A stretch of 64,000 bases of DNA, from assembly GCA_902806415.1 (NCBI GenBank), contig CADCWN010000015.1, positions 57,229-121,228 on the forward strand, read 5' to 3'. Numbering within the stretch: position 1 is the stretch's first letter; the number at the start of each line of letters is the position of its first letter. Source of the stretch: an uncultured Thermomicrobiales bacterium. GTDB taxonomy: Bacteria > Chloroflexota > Chloroflexia > Thermomicrobiales > CADCWN01. The notes under the pieces are model-generated. The model was not told the origin of the DNA, did no database searches, and saw only the letters and a list, made by a program, of their open reading frames with translations. The translations under genes and the position numbers were made by a program. This document shows positions 8,712-18,138 of the stretch, in pieces.

Positions 8712-8815
8712 GAGTGACGAGTGACGAGTGACGAGTGACGAATGGGAACGTGACGGAGGTCATACATCTTGAGAGTCCTCCCGCGAACCTTATTCGTCAC
8801 TCGTCATTCATCATT
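8712..8815. repeat. heptamer-array hairpin element (locus B)
   Basis: (GAGTGAC)x4 at 8712..8739. The inverse arm ATTCGTCACTCGTCATTCATCATT lies at 8792..8815. The thiM stop (8804..8806) lies inside the right arm. Confidence 0.85.
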
Positions 8816-9607
8816 AATCTTGACTTCTGCAACACCCCGCTGGCCGAGGGCGGCGACCTCATCGATCAAGCGAGCGCGGAAGGTGCCGGGGCCGGGGTCG
8901 CCAGCGGCGGCGCGCTCGGCGGCGAGGCCGTAGGTGCCGAGGGCCAGCGCGGCCTGGGTCACGGGATCACCACCGGCGGCCAGGAAGATGCCGATCGCGG
9001 CGGTCGCCATGCAGCCGGAGCCGGTGATCCGCCCGAGGAGCGGGTGACCGTTGTGGACGGCGAGCGTTTGTCCACCGCCGACAACGATATCGATCGCACC
9101 GGTGACCGCGACCGCGACCCCGAAGCGCGCCGCCGCAGCCCCGGCGACGGCGCGCGGATCTTCCCCGCCGACCGCATCGACGCCGCACATCTGGCCTGAG
9201 CCGACGAGCGCGCCGATCTCGCCGCGATTACCACGCAGCACCGTGATCGGCAGTTCGGAGAGGAGGCGCAGGGCGCTCTCGGTGCGGAACGCCGTCGCGC
9301 CCGCGCCGACCGGATCGAGGACGATCGGCACCCCGCGCGCGGCGGCGGCGCGCCCCGCCAGCAGCATCGCCTCGATCTCGGCCCGCGAGAGGGTGCCGAT
9401 GTTCAGCGCCAACGCCCCGGCCAGCGCCGCCATCTCGGCGGCCTCCTCGGGCGCGTAGGCCATCACCGGCGACGCGCCGAAGGCGAGTGTGACGTTGGCA
9501 ACATCGTTGGTGACGACGATATTGGTGATGTGGTGGATCAGCGGCACCCGCTCGGCCACGCGCGCCAGGGCCGCCGCCGCTTCAGTGCTGAAATCGATGC
9601 CACTCAT
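8804..9607 (-). CDS. thiM: hydroxyethylthiazole kinase
   Basis: …PLIHHITNIVVTNDVANVTLAFGASPVMA…IVLDPVGAGATAFR…TGSGCMATAAIG… is ThiM-like over its full length. Confidence 0.9.
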   Translation of the reverse strand: MSGIDFSTEAAAALARVAERVPLIHHITNIVVTNDVANVTLAFGASPVMAYAPEEAAEMAALAGALALNIGTLSRAEIEAMLLAGRAAAARGVPIVLDPVGAGATAFRTESALRLLSELPITVLRGNRGEIGALVGSGQMCGVDAVGGEDPRAVAGAAAARFGVAVAVTGAIDIVVGGGQTLAVHNGHPLLGRITGSGCMATAAIGIFLAAGGDPVTQAALALGTYGLAAERAAAGDPGPGTFRARLIDEVAALGQRGVAEVKINDE

Positions 9608-9754
9608 CGGCTGCTCCCATCATGACTGCGCGACAAGGTTTACTGAGCATTGATAACAGGTGACGGCGGGGCGGGCAACTGGAGGTCGTTCAAGGTAGGC
9701 GGTTTCAACCGCCTGTTACAGCGCCGCTTTCCCCTACTGCCCGCCTCGCCCGCC

Positions 9755-12448
9755 CTACGCCTCCACGCTCCCGCTCACACTCCGCGCCTCATCCTTCGCC
9801 CCGGACACTTTTTGCTTCAACTCATAGAGCTTCGTGATCGCCTCCAGCGGCGAGAGCGATTCGACATCGAGGGCGCGCAGTTCCTCCACCACCGGGTCGG
9901 GCGCGCCGAAGAGGGAGAGTTGGAACTGGGGCGGCGCGGCGACGGGGGCGGCGCGGCGACCACCGGTGCGGCGCGGGGCGCGCTCGCCGCCACCTTCGAG
10001 GTCGGCCAGGATCTCGCCCGCGCGACGGACGACCGCGCGCGGCATCCCGGCCAGACCGGCGACGTGGATCCCGTAGGAACGGTCGGCCCCGCCGGGGACG
10101 ACGCGCCGCAGGAAGACGACCCGATCGCCCTCTTCGAGCACATCCATCCGCTCGTTCTGCACGCGCGGCAGGATGTCGGCCAGCGCGGTCAACTCGTGAT
10201 AGTGCGTGGCGAAGAGGGTGCGGCAGCCGAGGCGCGGCGTGTTGTGGATGTACTCGCTGACGGCCCGCGCGATCGAGAGGCCGTCGTAGGTGCTGGTGCC
10301 GCGCCCGATCTCGTCGAGGACGATCAGGCTGCGGCGCGTGGCCGAGTTGAGGATCGCGGCCATCTCCAGCATCTCGACCATGAAGGTGCTCTGCCCCGCC
10401 GCCAGGTCATCCTGCGCGCCGATCCGGGTGAAGATCCGATCGACCAGGCCGATCTCGGCGCGGTCGGCGGGGACGAACGCGCCGATCTGCGCCAGCAGGA
10501 CGATCAACGCGACTTGCCGGAGATAGGTGCTCTTGCCGGCCATATTGGGGCCGGTGATGATCACGACCTGGCGCTCGGCGGTGTCGAGATTGGTGTCGTT
10601 CGGCACAAACCCCTCGCTGGCGACCGCCAGCGATGCCTCCACCGTCGGGTGCCGCCCGCCCTCGATGCAGACGATCGGCTCCGGGTCGTCGTTGAGCGTC
10701 GGGCGGACGTAACGGCGCTCGACCGCGACCGTCGCCAGCGCGGCGAAGACATCCAGGTGGGCCAGCGCCTCCGCCGCGCGCATGACATACGGCGCCGCGC
10801 CCGCGACCCGGCCCACCACCTCGCGATAGATCGTCCCCTCCAGCGCCGCGATCCGCTCCTCCGCGCCGCTGACCAGCGTCTCGTACTCTTTCAGCTCGGG
10901 CGTGATGTAGCGCTCCGCGCCGACGAGGGTCTGCTTGCGGATGTAATCGTCGGGGATGGCGTCGCGGTTGGTGTGGCTGATTTCCAGGTAGTAACCGAAG
11001 ACCTTGTTGTAGCCGACCTTCAGCGAGCGGATGCCGGTGCGTTCGCGCTCCGTCCGCTCCAGCCCGGCGATATATGCCTTCGCCTCGCGGGCTTTCTCGC
11101 GCAGGTCGTCGAGGTCGGGCGCGAACCCGGTGCGGATCGACGGCACCTCGGGGCCGAGCGCCGCCGGGGGATCGTCGGCGATCGCCGCGCCGATTGTCGC
11201 CACCAGGTCGTCGAGGCGCGCGGCGCGCAGCGGCGGCAGCCAGGGCGCGAGCGGCCCGCCTGCCCCATCCTCACTAGGAACATCGGCGATCGCCGCCAGC
11301 AGATCGGGCAGGCGGCCGAGCGAGCGCGCCAGGGTGGCGAGATCGCGCGGGGTCGCCGCGCCGGTGACCGCCCGATTGATCAGCCGCTCCAGATCGCCGA
11401 CCCCGCCGAGCAGGGGCGTGATCCGGGCGCGCAGGAGGGCGTCGCGCGCGCAGAGCGCCACCGCCTCCTGCCGTTCAATCAGCGGCGCGAGCTCGACCAG
11501 CGGCTGCCCGAGCCAGCGGCGCAGGAGCCGCCCGCCCATCGGCGTCCTGGTGCGGTCGATCGTCGCCAGCAGTGAGCCGCCGCGCCCGCCGCGACTCCCC
11601 TCGGTCAGTTCGAGGTTGCGCCTGGTTGCGGCGTCCAGGGGCATATAGGCGTCGGTGCTGTAACCGTGCAACTCGGTGATCTGGGCCAGGCCGTCGAGTT
11701 GCGTCGCGGCCAGGTATTGCAGCAGGGCACCCGCCGCACGGATCGCCAGCGGCTGCCCGCCGATCCCGAAGCCGTCGAGCGCGCCGACCGCGAAATGGTC
11801 GCGCAAGGCGTCCTCGGCGCGGTCGAGTCGCCACTCGCGCCCGTCGGTGCGGCTGGTGTAGGCACCGCTCGGCAGCCAGGGCGGCACGTTCCCATCCGGG
11901 TCGTCATCCTTCGTCAGCAGGATCTCCGCCGGGCCGAGCCGCAACAGTTCCTGCGCAATCGCCCCCTCGATCGCTTCGGTGTCGGCGCGGGTGAGTTGCG
12001 TGGCGGCGAACTCGCCGGTGGTGATGTCGGCGTAGGCGACACCGGCGCGCGCGCCCTCGACCAGCACGGCGGCGAGGTAATTGTTGGCGTGACCGGGGAG
12101 CATACTCGGCTCGACGACGGTGCCGGGGGTGACGACGCGCGTGACGCGGCGCTCGACGATCTCCCGCCCCTTCGTCGGCTGGCCGATCTGCTCGCAGACG
12201 GCGACCTTGTACCCGGCAGCGATCAGCTTGGCGATGTGGGCCTCGGCGGAGTGGTACGGCACCCCGGCCAGTGGCAGCTTCTGCCCCCGCCCCATCTCGC
12301 GCGCGGTGAGGGTGATGTCGAGGATGCGCGCGGCGATCTTGGCATCCTCCTCGAACATCTCGTAAAAGTCGCCGAGACGGAAGAAGAGGAGGACATCGGG
12401 GTACTGGCGCTTGATCGCCAGGTATTGCTGCCGGATCGGCGTCGTCAT
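9755..12448 (-). CDS. mutS: DNA mismatch repair protein MutS
   Basis: 897 aa. MTTPIRQQYLAIKRQYPDVLLFFRLGDFYEMFEEDA…, Walker A in IITGPNMAGKSTYLRQ, then …STFMVEMLE…DEIGRGTSTYDG…. Confidence 0.97.
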   Translation of the reverse strand: MTTPIRQQYLAIKRQYPDVLLFFRLGDFYEMFEEDAKIAARILDITLTAREMGRGQKLPLAGVPYHSAEAHIAKLIAAGYKVAVCEQIGQPTKGREIVERRVTRVVTPGTVVEPSMLPGHANNYLAAVLVEGARAGVAYADITTGEFAATQLTRADTEAIEGAIAQELLRLGPAEILLTKDDDPDGNVPPWLPSGAYTSRTDGREWRLDRAEDALRDHFAVGALDGFGIGGQPLAIRAAGALLQYLAATQLDGLAQITELHGYSTDAYMPLDAATRRNLELTEGSRGGRGGSLLATIDRTRTPMGGRLLRRWLGQPLVELAPLIERQEAVALCARDALLRARITPLLGGVGDLERLINRAVTGAATPRDLATLARSLGRLPDLLAAIADVPSEDGAGGPLAPWLPPLRAARLDDLVATIGAAIADDPPAALGPEVPSIRTGFAPDLDDLREKAREAKAYIAGLERTERERTGIRSLKVGYNKVFGYYLEISHTNRDAIPDDYIRKQTLVGAERYITPELKEYETLVSGAEERIAALEGTIYREVVGRVAGAAPYVMRAAEALAHLDVFAALATVAVERRYVRPTLNDDPEPIVCIEGGRHPTVEASLAVASEGFVPNDTNLDTAERQVVIITGPNMAGKSTYLRQVALIVLLAQIGAFVPADRAEIGLVDRIFTRIGAQDDLAAGQSTFMVEMLEMAAILNSATRRSLIVLDEIGRGTSTYDGLSIARAVSEYIHNTPRLGCRTLFATHYHELTALADILPRVQNERMDVLEEGDRVVFLRRVVPGGADRSYGIHVAGLAGMPRAVVRRAGEILADLEGGGERAPRRTGGRRAAPVAAPPQFQLSLFGAPDPVVEELRALDVESLSPLEAITKLYELKQKVSGAKDEARSVSGSVEA

Positions 12449-12577
12449 CGGCCCTCAGTCCAGGGTGAAGGGGTATACGTACACATCAATATGGCGGATT
12501 ATAGGGCTGCGGGGTGCGCGGTTCAAGCATGGCGAGCGCGGCTATAAGCGCCCCATCCCCCGGCGTGCCACCCGTTC

Positions 12578-13045
12578 TCAGCGCCGGAAGTCGCGCACAT
12601 GCCGCCCGAAGAGGCTCAACTCCTCCGATACTGTCGCCACCTCGGCGGCGCTGGGGCCGTGCCACTCGCCAGCGGGCAGGTGGCACAGGGCGGCGGTGTC
12701 GCGATTGTAGAAGTAGGCGTGTGCCGCGACCTCCCGGCCATCGTCGGTCGCGGCAGCGACGACCCGGCGCAGGTAGATCGAGCCGGTCGGATCGGATGGG
12801 GCATACCCTTCGAGATCATCCAGGATCGCCAGGACCCGCGCCAGCTCGGTCGGCTCGATCAACAGCAACTCGCCGCGCACCGGATCGTCGCCCTCGGCCA
12901 GCGCCGGGAACGGGCCGACATCGTAGAGCCGCCCACGGATCGTCGCCGGGGTGGCGGAGCGCACCGCGGCGGCGATCAAATGGTGATTCGTCTGCCTGCG
13001 CTTGAGCGTGCCATAGACGAAGCAAAATTGCGGCCCAACGACCAT
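12578..13045 (-). CDS. gamma-glutamylcyclotransferase (GGCT/AIG2-like) family protein
   Basis: MVVGPQFCFVYGTLKRRQTNHHL…IRGRLYDVGPFPALAEG…VRGELLLI… I trimmed to ATG 13045, preceded by GGGAGGAGG. Confidence 0.8.
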   Translation of the reverse strand: MVVGPQFCFVYGTLKRRQTNHHLIAAAVRSATPATIRGRLYDVGPFPALAEGDDPVRGELLLIEPTELARVLAILDDLEGYAPSDPTGSIYLRRVVAAATDDGREVAAHAYFYNRDTAALCHLPAGEWHGPSAAEVATVSEELSLFGRHVRDFRR

Positions 13046-13285
13046 TGCCTCCTCCCAAACCCGATGAAACCAACGGCGCAATGATAGACGAACGGCGACG
13101 GTGTCGCACTTGTGGGGCCGCGCGCCTGTCACCCTGTCGCGACCCGACTCCGAGGCCCGGCAGGATCGCGCGATAACTGGTCCCCCTATTCATCCTTCCC
13201 ACCGCCTCCCCCCGCGTGCTATCCTCCCCGCTCTGCAGCGAGAACAACGAGAACAACGCGGGCGGCGGAACGGGGCGGGTGGACG

Positions 13286-14563
13286 ATGGCCGGGCGACCA
13301 GCAGTGACCGGGGAATCGTCGGCAACCGCGACGCCCGAGCGACCGGGCGGTCCGGGTCTCGCCGAGGAAGGCGGCGGGGCGGGGCGAGGGCGGATGCTGC
13401 TGGCCCTCTGCTTCGCGACATTTCTGGTCACCGGCAACGGGGTCGCGGTCTCGCCGTTCCTGCTCGACATGGCGCGCGATCTCGGGGCCGATCTCGCGGC
13501 GGTCGCCAATCTGGTCGCCCTCTCCAGCGTCACCTGGGGGCTCTCCTCGCTCTGCGCGGGCGCGGCCTCCGACCGGATCGGTCGCAAGCCGCTCCTCGTC
13601 GGCGGCCTTTGCGTGCTGGTCCTCTCGCCGCTCGGCGTGGCGCTGGCGCAGGGGTATTCGGCGGTCGCGGCCTGGCGGATCCTCGGCGGGGTCGGCGGCG
13701 GCGCGTTCATGGGGACCGTCTTCGCGACGGTCGCCGATCGTTTCCCGGCGCGCGAGCGCGGGCGCTCGCTCGGCTGGCTGACGACCGGGCAATCGCTCTC
13801 GCTCGTCGCGGGCGTGCCGCTCCTCACCGGTATCGGCGGTATCTGGGGCTGGCGCGGGGCGTTCTGGGCCTACGGGATCGCGATGCTCCTCGCCGCCTGC
13901 CTCACGATTTTCGTCGTGCCAGCGACGGGGCGCGACCGCGCGATCGCGCCGCTGTCATTCGCGGCGACCCTGCGCCTGCTCCGGCCACGGACGGTCGCGC
14001 TCCTCCTCGCCGGGATCGGCGATCGGCTCTGCTACGCGGCGGTCTCCGTTTTCCTGCCGACCTATCTGGTGCAGACCTACGGGATCTCGCTCGGGACGCT
14101 GGCGATCGCGCTGGCGATCGTCGCCTCGGGCAACCTCGTCGGCAACCTGATCGGCGGGCGGCTGGGCGATCGGTTCCAGGCGCGCGGCGCGATCGTCGCG
14201 GCCTCGCTGGCGCTGACCGGGCTGACCGCGCTGCCGCTCCTCCTCTGGCAGCCCGCGGTCTGGCCGTCGGTCGGGCTCGGCTTCGCCTACATGCTCCTCA
14301 ATTCGTTCGGACGCCCGGTCCTGCTGACGGCGCTGAGCGAGGTGTCGGGCGAGGCGCGCGGCGCGGTCCTCGGCCTGAATATCACCGGGGCGAGCGTCGG
14401 CTGGCTGGCCGCGACCTCGATCGGCGGCCCGATCATCATCGGCGCGGGGTATGGCGGGCTCGGCCTCTTCGCGGCGAGTGTCGGCTTCATCGGCGCGGCG
14501 CTGGCCCTCGCGAGCCGAACTGGCGGTGCGGTGCGGGCGCTGCCGGTCTCCACGCCGGCCTGA
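13286..14563 (+). CDS. MFS transporter
   Basis: Multiple hydrophobic spans plus an MFS-type loop motif (…ASDRIGRKPLLVGG…). The start is uncertain (ATG 13286 or downstream MLLAL). The first 58 codons of the track ORF are read-through. Confidence 0.85.
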   Translation: MAGRPAVTGESSATATPERPGGPGLAEEGGGAGRGRMLLALCFATFLVTGNGVAVSPFLLDMARDLGADLAAVANLVALSSVTWGLSSLCAGAASDRIGRKPLLVGGLCVLVLSPLGVALAQGYSAVAAWRILGGVGGGAFMGTVFATVADRFPARERGRSLGWLTTGQSLSLVAGVPLLTGIGGIWGWRGAFWAYGIAMLLAACLTIFVVPATGRDRAIAPLSFAATLRLLRPRTVALLLAGIGDRLCYAAVSVFLPTYLVQTYGISLGTLAIALAIVASGNLVGNLIGGRLGDRFQARGAIVAASLALTGLTALPLLLWQPAVWPSVGLGFAYMLLNSFGRPVLLTALSEVSGEARGAVLGLNITGASVGWLAATSIGGPIIIGAGYGGLGLFAASVGFIGAALALASRTGGAVRALPVSTPA

Positions 14564-14701
14564 GCGGCGGCGACTGGCGGGGGATACGCTGTCCCCACAC
14601 GGATGGTAGGCTACCGACACAAACCCGTTGAAGCCTGGAGCAGCGCCTTTGGTAATACCGCCAGTGCATCTCACGCGGGCGGGGAATGCCGCAAACCCTG
14701 C

Positions 14702-15049
14702 TCACAATGGGATGAACGTCACGCGTCCAGTGAGTTCCTCCGCCGAACATGTCAGCGCGATCAACTCCAGATCATCGATACACTGCCCGATGGAAACGCG
14801 CAACTGATGTGCATAGATGATCCCACCGAAGGGGTGGTCAGCGCGTTGGCGTCGGCGGGCTTCTATGAGCAAATCTTTATCTTGAGAGAAGAGTACGCGC
14901 CCCAATGCAGTGGCGCGTTCCAGCAGCAAATCGTCTGGAAACTGATCGGCCCCGTCTTCATGGGCGGTCAACACGTCGAGGCCGCGCTGTCGCAGCCCGG
15001 TGGTTATGGCGCGTGGGATATGCTGATCCATGTACAGGGCAAGAGGCAT
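14702..15049 (-). CDS. DUF5615-type (PIN-like) putative toxin
   Basis: MPLALYMDQHIPRAITTGLRQRGLDVLTAHEDG…LFSQDKDLL… Its start overlaps the DUF433 stop (TGATG). Confidence 0.75.
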   Translation of the reverse strand: MPLALYMDQHIPRAITTGLRQRGLDVLTAHEDGADQFPDDLLLERATALGRVLFSQDKDLLIEARRRQRADHPFGGIIYAHQLRVSIGQCIDDLELIALTCSAEELTGRVTFIPL

Positions 15050-15363
15050 CAGCGCTGCGGATCCCTCTTCAGTTGAGCAACTGTCGGGGCGGGAGTCAGC
15101 TCGCGCTCTAACTGATCAACAAGGGCGAGACCGCGCGCGATCTCGTCGTCTAGCTCACCCTGATGATCCCAGTAATACGCGAGAGCCGAGTGGATTTGGC
15201 CGAGCGTGAGGTATGGATACTGGAACTGGAGCTCGGCAGGGCTCCAACCGTAAGCACGTTGCGCCACGACGAGTTCGAGTACTTTCATCGTCGTGCCAGC
15301 AATAAGCGGTGTATGCTGATCGTTGAGGACAACGTGCTGATAGCGTGTCGCGGCGAGCGCCAT
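15049..15363 (-). CDS. DUF433 domain putative antitoxin
   Basis: MALAATRYQHVVLNDQHTPLIAGTTMKVLELV…QFQYPYLTLGQIHSALAYYWDHQGELDDEI… I trimmed from the 224-aa track ORF to ATG 15363. Confidence 0.8.
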   Translation of the reverse strand: MALAATRYQHVVLNDQHTPLIAGTTMKVLELVVAQRAYGWSPAELQFQYPYLTLGQIHSALAYYWDHQGELDDEIARGLALVDQLERELTPAPTVAQLKRDPQR

Positions 15364-15658
15364 GAGGTTCCATCCTTCTCGCGACAGCGTGCCGGAAAGG
15401 GCGCGCAGCACGAGAGCAAATATACCATGCCCCTCGACGGGCTGGGGGGCCGACGAGAGAGCTTCCCGCCCACTGTCGTGCCAGGGAAGCGGCACCTGGC
15501 CACCCATCCCTCCCCAGCATGTTCGTTGCGCCAGTATCCGGTAGTTCCGGGTCGTGCGCCCCTTGCCCGACCCCGCCGGGAGTGCTACCCTAAGGGGTGT
15601 CGGCGCATGATGACGCGCCGATGCTGAGCGATAGCCCCATTGTGTGGAGGTGAGAGGA

Positions 15659-16270
<612 letters not shown>

Positions 16271-16273
16271 GCT

Positions 16274-16410
16274 GAACGCGGAAGTCGGAGCGCGGAGCGC
16301 GGAATAAGAAGCGAGGACCGGGCGGGGGGCACATGTTGTGCCGCCCCGCCGCATTATTCGGCAGGGCCATCACCCCTTGTTCCGCGTTCCGACTTCCGAC
16401 TTCCGCGTTC
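16274..16410. repeat. heptamer-array hairpin element (locus C) with nested GC hairpin
   Basis: The arms 16274..16307 and 16377..16410 are 29/34 complementary by my alignment. An inner hairpin GGCGGGGGGCACA/TGTGCCGCCCCGCC lies at 16321..16350. The element starts 4 nt after the sodA stop. Confidence 0.85.
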
Positions 16411-16489
16411 CACAGCCCCTCTGGCACCATCCTTGCGCTGCCTGCGGGGAAGACCTCGTCGTTCTAGCAAAGACCAGAAGGAGGATCTT

Positions 16490-17167
16490 ATGACCGGGGA
16501 AACCTATGTGCGCGACGTGATGGTGCCGATGACGCAGGCGATCCGTGTCACCCAGACGATCGTCGCCGCGCGCCAGCGGATGCAGGGCGACATGCGCGTC
16601 AAATCGCTCGTCGTCGTGGATGACAACGATCGCCCGCTCGGCGCGGTTCGCTACAACGACATCAGCGCCGCCGAGGCCGGCGGCACCGTCGCTGACGTGA
16701 TGGTCGGTAATATCCCGACGGTCAGCCCCGACCAGTCGCTCGCCGACGTCACCGGGCTGATGAGCGAGCACGACATCGACCGCCTCGCGGTGGTGGACAG
16801 CAGCGGCGCGATCGTCGGCGAACTGCCCCGCAACGTCCTCACCCTGTCCGAGACCCACGGCACGGTCGGCACCACCGGCGAGAGCCTCTCCGATGCGACC
16901 GCCGGGCGCGACACGCCGGCCTACCAGGTCGCGCAGAATATGACGGTCATCGGCGACGATGGCGGCAAGATCGGCACGGTGAAGGACGTCCTCTCCGACG
17001 CCCTCACCGGCGCGCTGACCCACATCGTCGTCCACACCGGCCTGATCTTCGGGCATGACAAATCCGTCCCGGCCGATCTGGTAGACAGCGTCGCCGGCGA
17101 CGAGGTGCGCCTGAAGGCCGCGAAGAGCGACATCGAGGCGCTGCCGGACATTGAGAAGGCCGAGTAA
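16490..17167 (+). CDS. CBS-pair plus PRC-barrel-like domain protein
   Basis: MTGETYVRDVMVPMTQAIRV…VADVMVGNIPTVSPDQSLADVTGLMSEHDIDRLAVVD… is a CBS pair. The C-terminal …VIGDDGGKIGTVKDVL…HIVVHTG…SVPADLV… is PRC-barrel-like. AAGGAGG precedes ATG 16490. Confidence 0.8.
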   Translation: MTGETYVRDVMVPMTQAIRVTQTIVAARQRMQGDMRVKSLVVVDDNDRPLGAVRYNDISAAEAGGTVADVMVGNIPTVSPDQSLADVTGLMSEHDIDRLAVVDSSGAIVGELPRNVLTLSETHGTVGTTGESLSDATAGRDTPAYQVAQNMTVIGDDGGKIGTVKDVLSDALTGALTHIVVHTGLIFGHDKSVPADLVDSVAGDEVRLKAAKSDIEALPDIEKAE

Positions 17168-17192
17168 TCCTCGCCCGCAAGAAGTAGTGGCT

Positions 17193-17232
17193 ACGACCGG
17201 CCCCGCATTGAGTATGCGGGGCCGGTCGTTTT
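17193..17232 (+). terminator. rho-independent terminator
   Basis: ACGACCGGCCCCGCAT, TGAGT loop, ATGCGGGGCCGGTCGT, followed by TTTT. It lies 26 nt after the CBS gene stop. Confidence 0.75.
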
Positions 17233-17269
17233 CATGCCATGCGCGTGCGCTATTGCCCGATGGTGTCGG

Positions 17270-17950
17270 CTACAGCCGCGAGGCGTATGCCTCGTTATAG
17301 AGGAGCTCGCGCGACCACGCGCCGGGCGGCTGCGCGTGCAACTGCCAATACGCCTCCGCGATCCGGTCGGCGTCGAAGAGGGTCCGCTCGCGCACCTCGC
17401 CGAGGATCGTCACCGTCGCCGCGTGGATCCCCTGCGGCTCCAACTCCGCCCCGAGGTTCAGCGCCAGGCTCCGCAAGGCCGCCTTGCCGATCCCCAGCGA
17501 CGCCATCGGCGCGTAGGTGTTGAGGGCGAAGCCGCCGCCGGTGAGCATGATCGTCCCCTCGCCGCGCTCGCGCATCGCCGGCAGCACCTCGCGCACACAG
17601 GCGAGCGCGGCGACCACGCTGACCGTGAGATCGCCGCGCAATTGCTCGGCGGTCAGCTGCGATGGCACCCCGTGCGTGACGGCGCTGGCGTTGTAGACCA
17701 GCACATCCGGCGCGCTGAGTTCCGCGCCGATCCGCGCGAATAGCTCGGGGATCGCCGTCAGATCAGCGAGATCGGCAGGGTAGGCGACTGCGGTGTCGCC
17801 TTCGGCCCGCAACTCCTCCGCATACTGGCGTAGCGCCTCGGCCCGACGCGCCACCAGCGCGATCCGGAAGCCCTCGCGCGCGAAGCGGCGGGCGACCGCC
17901 AGGCCGATCCCCGGCCCCGCGCCAACGATCACACAGGTCTGCCCCTCCAC
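17270..17950 (-). CDS. SDR family oxidoreductase
   Basis: MEGQTCVIVGAGPGIGLAVARRFAREGF…VLVYNAS…, a short-chain dehydrogenase Rossmann pattern. Confidence 0.85.
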   Translation of the reverse strand: MEGQTCVIVGAGPGIGLAVARRFAREGFRIALVARRAEALRQYAEELRAEGDTAVAYPADLADLTAIPELFARIGAELSAPDVLVYNASAVTHGVPSQLTAEQLRGDLTVSVVAALACVREVLPAMRERGEGTIMLTGGGFALNTYAPMASLGIGKAALRSLALNLGAELEPQGIHAATVTILGEVRERTLFDADRIAEAYWQLHAQPPGAWSRELLYNEAYASRL

Positions 17951-18044
17951 CCGTCGCGCCCCTTCCTAACACCCACCACATCATCACGCGCCCGACTCTC
18001 TCCGGCGGGTGCCCATTTTACCAGCAACGCGGCGGGCGTGGGCA

Positions 18045-18100
18045 CGATCCCCTACAATCTCGCCGTGGCGTGAGCGCGATCCCCCACAGTCTCGCCGTGG
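18045..18100 (+). promoter_or_regulatory. tandem 24-nt direct repeat (32-nt period) upstream of the sigma-factor gene
   Basis: CGATCCCCTACAATCTCGCCGTGG (18045..18068) and CGATCCCCCACAGTCTCGCCGTGG (18077..18100) are 22/24 identical. Copy 1 contains TACAAT. Confidence 0.4.
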
Positions 18101-18138
18101 TGATGGGGCGACGCGAGCAAAGGTGCATCGGAGGCGCG

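Noticed and set aside
9608-9754. Possible TPP riboswitch upstream of thiM
   Set aside because: On the thiM (minus) strand I find no CUGAGA core or the ACCUGAUCUGGAUAAUGCCAGCG-like box. The only clear structure (AGGCGGT…ACCGCCT) is better explained as the mutS terminator hairpin.
9650-11575. 641-aa + strand ORF
   Set aside because: It lies entirely antisense to mutS. The Arg/Gly/Asp-rich, low-complexity translation is typical of a high-GC shadow frame.
13236-13257. Tandem GAGAACAAC x2 upstream of the MFS gene
   Set aside because: There are only two 9-nt copies and no partner arm or recurrence elsewhere in the window, which is too little to call a feature.
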